Part shown: piece after piece, positions 15,205 through 23,700 of the stretch | Layout of the letters: each line of letters begins with the position of its first letter | How positions within the stretch are numbered: position 1 is the stretch's first letter | Source of the DNA: Candidatus Omnitrophota bacterium | Lineage (GTDB): Bacteria; Omnitrophota; Gorgyraeia; Aquiviventales; Aquiviventaceae | NCBI GenBank assembly: GCA_016198905.1 | Contig: JACQHR010000032.1 | Span: 74,390 to 138,389 of the forward strand | Reading direction: 5' to 3' | Length of the DNA: 64,000 nt | Made by a program: the position numbers and the translations under genes | The notes under the pieces: model-generated | What the model was told of the DNA's origin: nothing | Databases searched by the model: none | What the model saw: the letters and a program-made list of their open reading frames with translations, nothing else

Positions 15205-16466
15205 TCAGACATCAGACCTCAGACATCAGACCACAGTCGGACTCAAGACCCAAGACCCAAGACCCAACAGGTGCATTTTCAGCCCCGAGTCTTGAGTCCC
15301 GAGTCTTGAGTCCCGAGTCTCGGGTCCCAGTGAAGGTCATATTCATCATTTGGTCGCTTGGATTAGGCGGCGCAGAACAGGTTGTGATCCGGTTAGCAGC
15401 CGGGCTTGATCGTCGCCGATTCGCGCCGATCATTTGCTGCATGAACGAGCCCGGGCCGTTTGCCACGCAAGCGATCAGCCGCGGCATCGAGGTGATTGCG
15501 CTGCATAAGCGCGGCGCGATCGATCTGGGCATGCTGATCAGGCTCACGCGCGTGATGCGGCAGCGTCGGCCCGGCATCGTGCACACGCATCTGTGGGGCG
15601 CCAGCTTCTGGGGGCGTCTCGCGGCGCGTCTGGCGCGCGTCCCGGTAGTCATCGTCCATGAGCACGGCATGCAGCCCTATCGCGGGGCCTTCCATTTTTT
15701 CTGCGATCGATGGTTAGCGCGGGTCACGTCGCGCATCCTGTTTGCCTCGCAGCACGTCCTGCAGATCTACCGGGCAAAGACGGCCGTCGCGGAATCCAAG
15801 TGCATGGTGATTCCGAATGGTGTCGCGGTGTTACGGCTGCCGGATCGAATCGCGGCTAGGCGCGCGCGCGGATGGTCGCCGGACGATCAAGTGATCCTCA
15901 GCGTCGGGCGGCTCTCGCCGGAAAAAGGCTATGAGGATTTGCTGAAGGCCTTCGCGCTCATCGCTTCCCGCGCGCCGCACGCGCGGCTGGTGCTCGTGGG
16001 AGATGGCGCGCAACGCGCGGCGCTTCAGACGCTGCAGGCGCAGTCAGGGCTCAATGGCCGCGTGACGTTTGCGGGCCGGCAAGAGGATGTCACGGGATGG
16101 CTGGCCGCGGCGGATCTCTACGTGCAGCCCTCGCATCGAGAAGGGCTGCCGCTGGCGGTGCTGGAGGCGATGGCCGCCGGCGTGCCGGTGGTGGCCACCG
16201 ACGTCGGCGATCTGCGCTACGTCATCACCGAGGGACGCACCGGCTACCTCGTGCCGGCCCGGCAGCCGGACACGCTGGCTGCGCGATTGGTCGACGTCCT
16301 GGAACATCCCGAGCAACAGCCGCGCATCGCCGAGGCCGCGCGAGCGCTCGTGCGCACGCGCTTCTCCGACGAACAGATGATCCGCGCCATTGAGCGCGTG
16401 TATGAGGACGAGCTGTCGTGTTGGGGCAAGGGGCAGGAGACGGGGGGCGGGGGAGGGAACCGCTGA
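15201..16466 (+). CDS. Glycosyltransferase family 4
   Basis: VKVIFIIWSLGLGGAEQVVIRLAAGL... and QPSHREGLPLAVLEAMAAGVPVVATDVGD. ATGA overlap at 15201. The first ~43 codons are E9 heptamer repeats, so the true start could be later (e.g. GTG 15331). Confidence 0.8.
   Translation: MIRHQTSDIRPQSDSRPKTQDPTGAFSAPSLESRVLSPESRVPVKVIFIIWSLGLGGAEQVVIRLAAGLDRRRFAPIICCMNEPGPFATQAISRGIEVIALHKRGAIDLGMLIRLTRVMRQRRPGIVHTHLWGASFWGRLAARLARVPVVIVHEHGMQPYRGAFHFFCDRWLARVTSRILFASQHVLQIYRAKTAVAESKCMVIPNGVAVLRLPDRIAARRARGWSPDDQVILSVGRLSPEKGYEDLLKAFALIASRAPHARLVLVGDGAQRAALQTLQAQSGLNGRVTFAGRQEDVTGWLAAADLYVQPSHREGLPLAVLEAMAAGVPVVATDVGDLRYVITEGRTGYLVPARQPDTLAARLVDVLEHPEQQPRIAEAARALVRTRFSDEQMIRAIERVYEDELSCWGKGQETGGGGGNR
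15205..15328 (+). repeat. E9: variant heptamer element (different unit sequences)
   Basis: TCAGACA TCAGACC TCAGACA TCAGACC; then ACTCAAG ACCCAAG ACCCAAG ACCC; loop GGTGCATTTTCAG; then GAGTCTT GAGTCCC GAGTCTT GAGTCCC GAGTCTC GGGTCCC. GGACTCAAGAC is complementary to GTCTTGAGTCC. Confidence 0.8.
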
Positions 16467-16495
16467 ATGCGGAACGCGGAGTGCGGAATCGAGGA
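16422..16495 (+). repeat. E10: G-rich arm followed by a TGCGGAA heptamer block (no C-arm)
   Basis: TGGGGCAAGGGGCAGGAGACGGGGGGCGGGGGAGGG ... TGCGGAA CGCGGAG TGCGGAA TCGAGGA. The GT4 stop TGA 16464-66 lies between the two blocks. Confidence 0.8.
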
Positions 16496-16540
16496 AGCAA
16501 TTGAGACCTAACGCGAAGCGAACGTCACGTTGGGGCGGCG

Positions 16541-18025
16541 ATGAGGAGTGACGCGGTCTTGCCGGCAGCGATGGTGAGGCGCCTGCTGCCCGAGGTGGAT
16601 GAGCGGGCGTGGATGTTCGTGCTCGCGATCGGCGCCTTCGCCGTGTTGGGGCTCAAAGAGATGCCGTTATCGGCACCCCTGGTCTTGGGTCTCTTCGCTG
16701 CCGGTGTGGTCGGGTTGATTGCGGCCGGCTGGCTGGGACCCGAAGCACCGCTGTACGCGCTCATCGCGTACTTGCCCTTCAGCGGGCTGCTGGCCGGTGG
16801 CGCGTCCATCCCGTTTCTCAACCTGACGAATTTGCTTATCCTACTCATCGTGGTCAGCCACATTTGGCGGCAGCGTCGGAATGAGCTGCAGGTCTTGACG
16901 TCTGCGCCGATGAATGCGGTCATCGCGCTTTTCGCCGCGCTGGCGGTTCTGTCGTGGATGCGCGCCGGATGGATGTATGGCGGCTGGTACGCGTCGACGC
17001 ATGCCGTGGCTCTCTTGCGTTGGCTGCGCCCGATGGCGTTCTACTTCGTGGCGCTGTGGGCCGTGCGGGATGCGCGCGCACTAAAGACCGTGCTTGCGCT
17101 CATCGCGGTGGCGGTGACGGTCGTCGCGCTGATGGCGCTGTGGGAGTATCTCGATCGCGCCGGCAGCACCATCGAGCGCTCGCGCGTGCAGGGAATCGCC
17201 GGCGAAGCCAACCGCATGGGGGCGTTCTTCGTGACGTACATGTTCCTGTTCCTTGGCTATTTCTTCGTGACACCGCTGCGTCGCTACGGGTGGCTGATGC
17301 TCGTGCCGTTTCTCTTGTGCGTGCGCGGCATCATGGTGACCTTCTCGCGCGGGGCGCATGTGGCGTTCGCTGCGGGGGTGCTCGTCGCTTGTTGGATGCG
17401 CAGCAAGTGGCTCTTCGTGGTTGCGGCCGCCGCCGCGGCATTCATCATCACGCATCCGGCCCTGCTGCCGGGAGGATTTCGCACCCGCATCGAGCAGACC
17501 ATTCGTCCTGGTCAGCGACTCGACCTGGACGCCGGCACCTCGCAGGAGCTCTCGCGGCAATTGGAGCCCAGCGTCGGGCGACGGGTTGAAGCATGGAACG
17601 GCGGCTTGGCGATGGTGCGCGCGCATCCCTGGGTTGGCGTCGGGTTCGGAGGATTCCGGCGGTTCATTCCCCACTACACGCAGGGCCGAGTGAGCTCCAT
17701 GGCGGCGCACAACACGTACCTGTGGCTGGCGTCGGAGATGGGCATCCCCACGCTGCTGGTGTTTCTGCTGTTTCTCGACCTGCTGGCGTACCACACGGTG
17801 TGGCTGTATCGGCACAGCCAGGATGTCTGGCTGCGGGCTCTTGGCCTTGGCGTGTTGGCCGGCGCCGCGGCGCTGTCTGTGGCCAACGGTTTCAGCGAGT
17901 GCCTCGATTCCTCCGAGGAGGTCGTGGGTTATTTCTGGATCCTCTGCGCGCTCGTCATGAGAGGCGTCCTGCTTGAAAAACAACAGGCTGGGGCAAGGGG
18001 CGTGAGACAGGGGGCGGGGGAATAG
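16541..18025 (+). CDS. O-antigen ligase / Wzy-like polytopic membrane protein (paralog 2)
   Basis: Collinear with 11461..12957 (e.g. GIMVTFSRGAHVAFAAG, AHNTYLWLASEMGIP). The tail GARGVRQGAGE is encoded by the E11 left arm. Confidence 0.8.
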   Translation: MRSDAVLPAAMVRRLLPEVDERAWMFVLAIGAFAVLGLKEMPLSAPLVLGLFAAGVVGLIAAGWLGPEAPLYALIAYLPFSGLLAGGASIPFLNLTNLLILLIVVSHIWRQRRNELQVLTSAPMNAVIALFAALAVLSWMRAGWMYGGWYASTHAVALLRWLRPMAFYFVALWAVRDARALKTVLALIAVAVTVVALMALWEYLDRAGSTIERSRVQGIAGEANRMGAFFVTYMFLFLGYFFVTPLRRYGWLMLVPFLLCVRGIMVTFSRGAHVAFAAGVLVACWMRSKWLFVVAAAAAAFIITHPALLPGGFRTRIEQTIRPGQRLDLDAGTSQELSRQLEPSVGRRVEAWNGGLAMVRAHPWVGVGFGGFRRFIPHYTQGRVSSMAAHNTYLWLASEMGIPTLLVFLLFLDLLAYHTVWLYRHSQDVWLRALGLGVLAGAAALSVANGFSECLDSSEEVVGYFWILCALVMRGVLLEKQQAGARGVRQGAGE

Positions 18026-18437
18026 CAATGCCTATGACGTCTGCAGCGATCACAACCTTCAAAGACCTTCGCGTCTGGCAGGAAGGCATCCAGTTGGTCA
18101 AGGAGATCTATGCCCTCTGCGTCAAATTGCCGAAGGAAGAACTCTACGGCTTAGCGAGTCAGATGAAGCGCGCGGCGGTGTCGGTTCCATCCAACGTAGC
18201 AGAAGGCCATGCTCGAAAACACCGCGCCGAGTACAGACAGTACGTGTATATTGCGATCGGCTCGCTTGCGGAACTCGAGACGCACGTGCTCATTGCTAAG
18301 GAGTTGAACTTGTCTAATGGTGATGAGCTGACCCCGGTCCTTACACGCATTGACCGTTTGCGAGGGATGTTGCTGACGCTCGGGAGACGACTCGGATGAC
18401 GCCGTCCCCTCGCCCCTCGCCCCTCGCCCCTCGCCCC
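17989..18437 (+). repeat. E11: G-arm/C-arm palindromic cassette carrying a second four-helix-bundle gene
   Basis: Left TGGGGCAAGGGGCGTGAGACAGGGGGCGGGGG (17989-18020). Right (CCCCTCG)x4 + CCCCA (18406-18437). About 25 of 32 positions are complementary by hand alignment. Confidence 0.9.
18028..18399 (+). CDS. Four-helix-bundle protein (23S rRNA intervening-sequence protein family), second, divergent copy
   Basis: FKDLRVWQEGIQLVKEIY...QMKRAAVSVPSNVAEGHARKH..EYRQYVYIAIGSLAELETH. Starts 2 nt after the ligase TAG and has an ATGA overlap with the next GT4. Confidence 0.85.
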   Translation: MPMTSAAITTFKDLRVWQEGIQLVKEIYALCVKLPKEELYGLASQMKRAAVSVPSNVAEGHARKHRAEYRQYVYIAIGSLAELETHVLIAKELNLSNGDELTPVLTRIDRLRGMLLTLGRRLG

Positions 18438-20717
18438 ATTCGCGTGATGTTCGTGATCTGGTCGCTCGGCCTCGGCGGAGCGGAGCAGGCGGTGATCCGG
18501 CTGGCCGCGGGCCTTCGGCGCGAAGGGTTCGAGCCGTTGATCTGCTGTCTCAACGAGCCGGGTCCCTTCGCTGTGCAAGCGCAGGCCGCCGGCGTGCCCG
18601 TCGTGGCGCTGCACAAACGGTGGCGCTATGACGCGCGCGTGCTCTGGCGCTTGATGCGGTTGATGCGGCAGTGGCATCCGGACGTCGTGCACACGCATCT
18701 GTGGGGCGGCAACGCGTGGGGGCGGACGGCGGCCTGGCTGGTGGGTGTTCCGGTCATCGTCACGAGCGAGCGGAATCTGGATCCTTGGAAACGCTGGTAC
18801 TATTTTGTGATCGACCGCGTGCTCGCAGCGCGGACCACGACGTTGCTGGCCGTCTCCGAGTCCGTGCGGGCGTTCTACGAGCAGCACGGGGTCGGCCGCG
18901 GCCGCTGGCAAGTCTGCTACAACGGCGTCGATATCGCCGACGTAACACCCCGGCAGCGAGGAGCCGTGTTCGCGCAACTGGGCGCGCAGCATGGCGAGCC
19001 GGTCGTCGGCTTCATCGGACGCTTGGCTTCGGCAAAGGCTCCGGATGTGTTCGTCGAGGCGGTCGCACAGGCGCGCCGAACACTCCCTTCGCTGAAAGCG
19101 CTCATCGTCGGCGACGGGCCGCTGCGCAGCGAGGTTGAAGCCTTGGCGCGTCGATTGGGATTGGATGGGCATCTCGTGGTGACCGGCGTGCGCGAGGATA
19201 TCCCGGAGCTGCTGGCGGGGATGGACGCGCTGATGGTGTCGTCCGAGCGCGAGGGGCTCTCCATGGCGATGTTGGAGGCCATGGCGGCAGGAGTCCCGGT
19301 TATCGCGACTCGAGTAGGAGGCACTCCTGAACTCATCGAGCCGGGGATGACCGGACTGCTTGCGCCTCCAGGCGCGCCCGACGCATTGGCGCGCCAGTTG
19401 GTGGCACTCCTGACCAATCCCGCGCACGCGCAGGCCATTCGCGATGCGGCCCGCGCGCGAGTGGCGAAGGATTTTTCCATGCAGCGCGTGGTGGCGACGC
19501 ATGCAGCAGTGTACCGCCGCGGCCTCAAGCAGGCCAACCGTGCAGGACTCAGTGATCGCGTCAAAGAGGCGGCGGCATCGCTTCCCATCGCTCACCGCGC
19601 TCGCCTCCGCGTCATGCATGTCATCGACGATCTCGGACTCGGAGGCGCGCAGCGGCAGCTCGTGGAGCTCGTCAAGGCGTTCCCGCGGGATCGCTATGAG
19701 CTGCACGTTGTGAGTCTCTCGACGACGAAGACGGACTACGCGGAGGCGCTCCACGCAGCGGAGATTCGCCTGACGCAAATCCCGCAGGCCGGCAAATGGG
19801 ATGGCCGTTGTTTTTCGACGCTCTCCACGCTGATCAAAACCGAGAAGCCTTCCATCGTCCACACGTGGCTCTTTACCGCCGACCTCTATGGCCGCATGGC
19901 GGCGTGGGTGGCGCATGTGCCGGTCATCATCAGCGCGGTGCGCAGTGTGGAGCCGGATAAGCCCGCGCACTACGTCGTGGTGGATCGCGTCCTGCGCAAC
20001 ATCACCAGTGCCTTCACCGTCAATGCGCGCGCGATTGGCGAGGTGCTGACGGCGCGCGAGCATGTGCCGACGGAGAAGATTCATACGATCTATAACGGGC
20101 TCGATCTGCGCGCCCTGGATCCATCCCGCGTGAATGGAGCGATTCGGCGCGCCATCGCCGTCGGCGCCGACGTCCCCCTGATCGGGATCGTCGGGCGTCT
20201 AGCGCCGGTGAAGGATCACGCCACGTTTCTGCGCGCGGCAGTGCGCGTGCATCGTGAAGCGCCACAGGCGCGGTTTCTCATCGTCGGCAACGGTTTGCTT
20301 CACGGCGAGCTCGAGCAGTTGAGCCAATCATTGGGCCTGAGCGATGTCGTTCGCTTTCTCGAGAGCCAATCCAACGTAGCCGAGGTGTTCGCCGCGCTCG
20401 ATGTCGTCGTCGTGTCCTCCCTCTATGAAGGCTGCTGCAACGTGATCCTCGAAGCGATGGCGATGGGCAAGCCCGTGATCGCCACAGCCGTCGGGGGCAA
20501 TCCTGAGCTCATCAGCGACGGGCAAACCGGGCTGCTCGTGCCCGTGGGCGATGATGCGAAGCTGGCCGAGGCGATGGTGAGCCTGCTGCGTGATCCGCAG
20601 CGCGCGCAGGCGATGGGCCGCTCGGGGCGAGCGCGCGTGGAGTGCGACTTCGCCATCGAGCGGATGGTCGTCGCAACCGATCGCGTCTATCAGAAACTGT
20701 TGAGTCGCGCCCCATGA
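18396..20717 (+). CDS. Double GT4 glycosyltransferase (natural tandem fusion, no element at the joint)
   Basis: Module 1: IRVMFVIWSLGLGGAEQAVIRLAAGL...SSEREGLSMAMLEAMAAGVPVIATRVGG. Module 2: LRVMHVIDDLGLGGAQRQL...SSLYEGCCNVILEAMAMGKPVIATAVGG. The N-terminal MTPSPRPSPLAPRP is the E11 right arm (alternative ATG 18447). Confidence 0.85.
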   Translation: MTPSPRPSPLAPRPIRVMFVIWSLGLGGAEQAVIRLAAGLRREGFEPLICCLNEPGPFAVQAQAAGVPVVALHKRWRYDARVLWRLMRLMRQWHPDVVHTHLWGGNAWGRTAAWLVGVPVIVTSERNLDPWKRWYYFVIDRVLAARTTTLLAVSESVRAFYEQHGVGRGRWQVCYNGVDIADVTPRQRGAVFAQLGAQHGEPVVGFIGRLASAKAPDVFVEAVAQARRTLPSLKALIVGDGPLRSEVEALARRLGLDGHLVVTGVREDIPELLAGMDALMVSSEREGLSMAMLEAMAAGVPVIATRVGGTPELIEPGMTGLLAPPGAPDALARQLVALLTNPAHAQAIRDAARARVAKDFSMQRVVATHAAVYRRGLKQANRAGLSDRVKEAAASLPIAHRARLRVMHVIDDLGLGGAQRQLVELVKAFPRDRYELHVVSLSTTKTDYAEALHAAEIRLTQIPQAGKWDGRCFSTLSTLIKTEKPSIVHTWLFTADLYGRMAAWVAHVPVIISAVRSVEPDKPAHYVVVDRVLRNITSAFTVNARAIGEVLTAREHVPTEKIHTIYNGLDLRALDPSRVNGAIRRAIAVGADVPLIGIVGRLAPVKDHATFLRAAVRVHREAPQARFLIVGNGLLHGELEQLSQSLGLSDVVRFLESQSNVAEVFAALDVVVVSSLYEGCCNVILEAMAMGKPVIATAVGGNPELISDGQTGLLVPVGDDAKLAEAMVSLLRDPQRAQAMGRSGRARVECDFAIERMVVATDRVYQKLLSRAP

Positions 20718-23700
20718 ACGTGATCAAACTTCTGAAACTGGCGTTTGTGGCCGCGCATGCCGGCGTCATCGGGCTGGTGATCCTCCGGGCGTGGAGCCTA
20801 AGCCTTGCCGAATCGCGCGCGGTCGCGGGGCGGTTTCTGCGCGTCGCCCTGACGCGGTTGCTCCTGGTCGTGATGGTGGAGCTCAGCCCGTATGTCTACG
20901 CCAGGTTCGTGGAGCCCAACATGGTGGTCGTCACGCGCCTGAGGGTGGCGCAGGATCAACTGGCGCACGCGTTGGGCGGTCGGCGCGTGGTGCAGATCAC
21001 CGATCTGCATATCACGACGATCGGCGCTCGCGAGCGGCGGCTCATCCAGCGCGTCAATCGGCAGCGCCCGGACTGGATTGTCATCACCGGCGATTTGATC
21101 AATGACGCCGCAGGCTGGCGCGCAGCCCTCGAGGTCATCGGCCGCCTGAAGGCGACGCAAGGGATTTGGGTCGTTCCCGGCAATACCGATAACGCGATCC
21201 TCAGCCCGGACTCGTTTGCCCAGGGCCTGGCCGGTGTCAACGCCAAGGTGCTGCGCAACAGCCGCATCCGAATGGCCGAGACCGACGCGTGGCTGGTAGG
21301 CGTCGACGATCCGGTGGAGCGCCGCGACAGCCTCGACGAAGCGCTCAAGGGAATGGATCGCAGCGCGCCACCTCCCATGATCCTGCTCGCCCACTCGCCG
21401 GACATCCTGGATGCTGCGGTTGCCGCGCGCATCCCGCTGGTGCTGGTGGGCCACACGCATGGAGGCCAGCTGGGTATTCCCTGGCTGCGCCGGTTGTCCT
21501 CCTACGCCGACCGCGGTCCCTACGTCGGCGGCGGACGCTATCACGTGGAGCAGACCACGATGTATGTCAACCGCGGCATCGGCTGGAAAGAAATCCCGCA
21601 CCGATTCCTTGCGCCGCCCGAAGTGCTGGTCATCGAGTTTAGACCGCAGGGAAAGCGAGCCGCACCGACGGCGGAGAGCCCGCCGGTTCGCGCGGAAGTC
21701 TGGCTGAGCGACTTCGAGCGCGATGGCGAAGAAGCGGTGCTGTGGAACGTGTTCAACGCATTCGCCACCCACAGCCGCGAGCACGCGAGCCACGGGCAGG
21801 CCTGCGCGAAGGTCACGCTGAAAGCCGGGTTCTCATCTTCCTACGCGTTGGAGGACGACTTTCTCACGCGCGATCCCGCGCGCCGCGACTGGACGCGCGA
21901 CGAAGCGCTCGCCTTCGATGTGTACAACGCGCAATCCGTTCCGGAGCCGCTGATCGTGCGGATCCGCGACGACGGAAAAGGCCTGTACGAGGAGACGATA
22001 ACCCTGCCAAGCCGAGTCCCGCACACGGTCACGCTGTCGCTCGCAGATCTGAGCCGCTCGCTTGATCTCTCGCGCGTCAGTGGGCTCGCGCTCTTGCGCA
22101 AAGACTCGACGCACGACGTCGTCCTGTACCTCGATGCGGTGCGGCTGCTGCCGCGGCGCGCGGGTGCGCCGGCTTCCGGCGTGTCGACGGGGGCGGCCAC
22201 CGAAGAGCCAAGTGCGCTTGAGGACGCCGCCGTCACCCCGCACATGTTGGGCCGCTGGCACTTCGAGCATGATCTCGTCTCGCGCTGGCGCGCGGCCGAT
22301 CCTGCCACAGGACGTTCGGTTGTGCGCGTGCCGCTTACCGTCGTCGGGCCGCAGATGCCGCTCTCCGTCGGGCAGCCGATCGCAGGCGGGATTCCATTTG
22401 CGATGGGGCAGTTGGCGGCGAACGCCGCAATCCGCGTGCATGACATGAACGGGGCCGTCTGGCCGGCGCAGACGCGGCCCTTGGCGGTGTGGGAAGACGG
22501 CAGCGTGAAATGGCTGCTCGTCACCGCCCAGGTGCCGATGACGGCGCGCAGCCGGCAGCTCTGGCTCGAATACGGCGAACCGGTTGCGGCCGACCCGGCC
22601 CCTCAGCCGCGCGTGCGTGTGGACGACACGCCGCAAGCCGTGACCGTCACGACCGGCCCGCTTCGCTTCACGGTCAGCCGGCGGCACTTTACGCTCTTTG
22701 ACTCAACCTTCGTCGACAGGAACCGCGATGGCGTGTTTGCGGAGGCGGAGCGGCTGGCCAGCGCCGGAGATTTGGTGCTGAAGCGCGGCGACACTGAATT
22801 TCGCAGCTCGCGCGACACGGTCTCTTACATGCTGCAGGTCGAAGAAGCCGGCCCTGTGCGCGCGACGCTGAAGGCCAGCGGGTGGTTCCGCGATGCGGCG
22901 GGCCGCGGATTCTGCCAGTTCACCGTGCGGCTGCAGGCCTTCGCCGGGCTGCCGCAGGTGCGGGTGTACCACACCTTCATCTATACCGGCTATCCGGCGA
23001 ACCTCTACAACCCCAACTACGAGGGCATCAAGCTGCCGGCCAACGAGACGATCCAGGACATCAGCCTCGAGCTGCCGGTCACACTCGGCGCCACGACGCA
23101 GCTGATCACCGCGGATGAGCAAGGCCTGGTGACCGCGCCGCTTACCAACCCGACGAGCATCTCGCAGCTGGCGCACGACGCGTATCAGATTCGGCAGCAA
23201 GGTGCGGCATCACCGCTGCGCGCCGGCGCGCACCATGAGGGCTGGCTGCTCATGCAGGATAGCAACGCCGGAGTCATGGTAGGTGTGCGCGACGCCTGGC
23301 AGCAGTATCCCAAGGCGTTCGAGGTTGACGCAGCGTCGCGTCGGCTGATCGTGCGCCTGTGGCCGTCATCGGCGGGAGACTTGAACTTGGAGACCGGAGC
23401 CGACGCGTACGGGCCGGATGCGGTCGCGCGCGGCAGCGCCTTCGGATTGGCGAAAACGCATGAGCTGTGGGTCGGGTTTCTCGGAGCGGTGATCGACGGC
23501 TCGACGGCCCGCGCGCTGGCCGGGTTGTGGCAAGAACCCTGGTTGCTGTCGGCGCATCCGGCGTGGGTCCAGGATACCGACGCGCTCGGCACCGTCGGTC
23601 CAGCAGAGATGGATCGGTTTCCCGAGCAGGAAGCGATGCTCGAGGACGTCTTCGGCTGGGCAAAGCGGCAGCCGCAGCGCTTCGACTGGTACGGGATGCT

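Noticed and set aside
1312-18399. Four-helix-bundle proteins as Avd-like components of a diversity-generating retroelement.
   Set aside because: No reverse transcriptase ORF and no template/variable repeat pair with A-specific differences is visible anywhere in the window.
18159-20084. 641-aa minus-strand ORF, plus similar long antisense ORFs at 17081-18028, 20798-21793, 21833-22687, 23366-24724, 24941-26191, 7887-8888, 10247-11017, 50701-51435 and 63184-63963.
   Set aside because: These are typical shadow ORFs of GC-rich DNA. They are Arg/His/Ala/Pro-rich with no recognisable motifs. Each lies fully antisense to a plus-strand gene with strong family signatures and coupled start/stop junctions.
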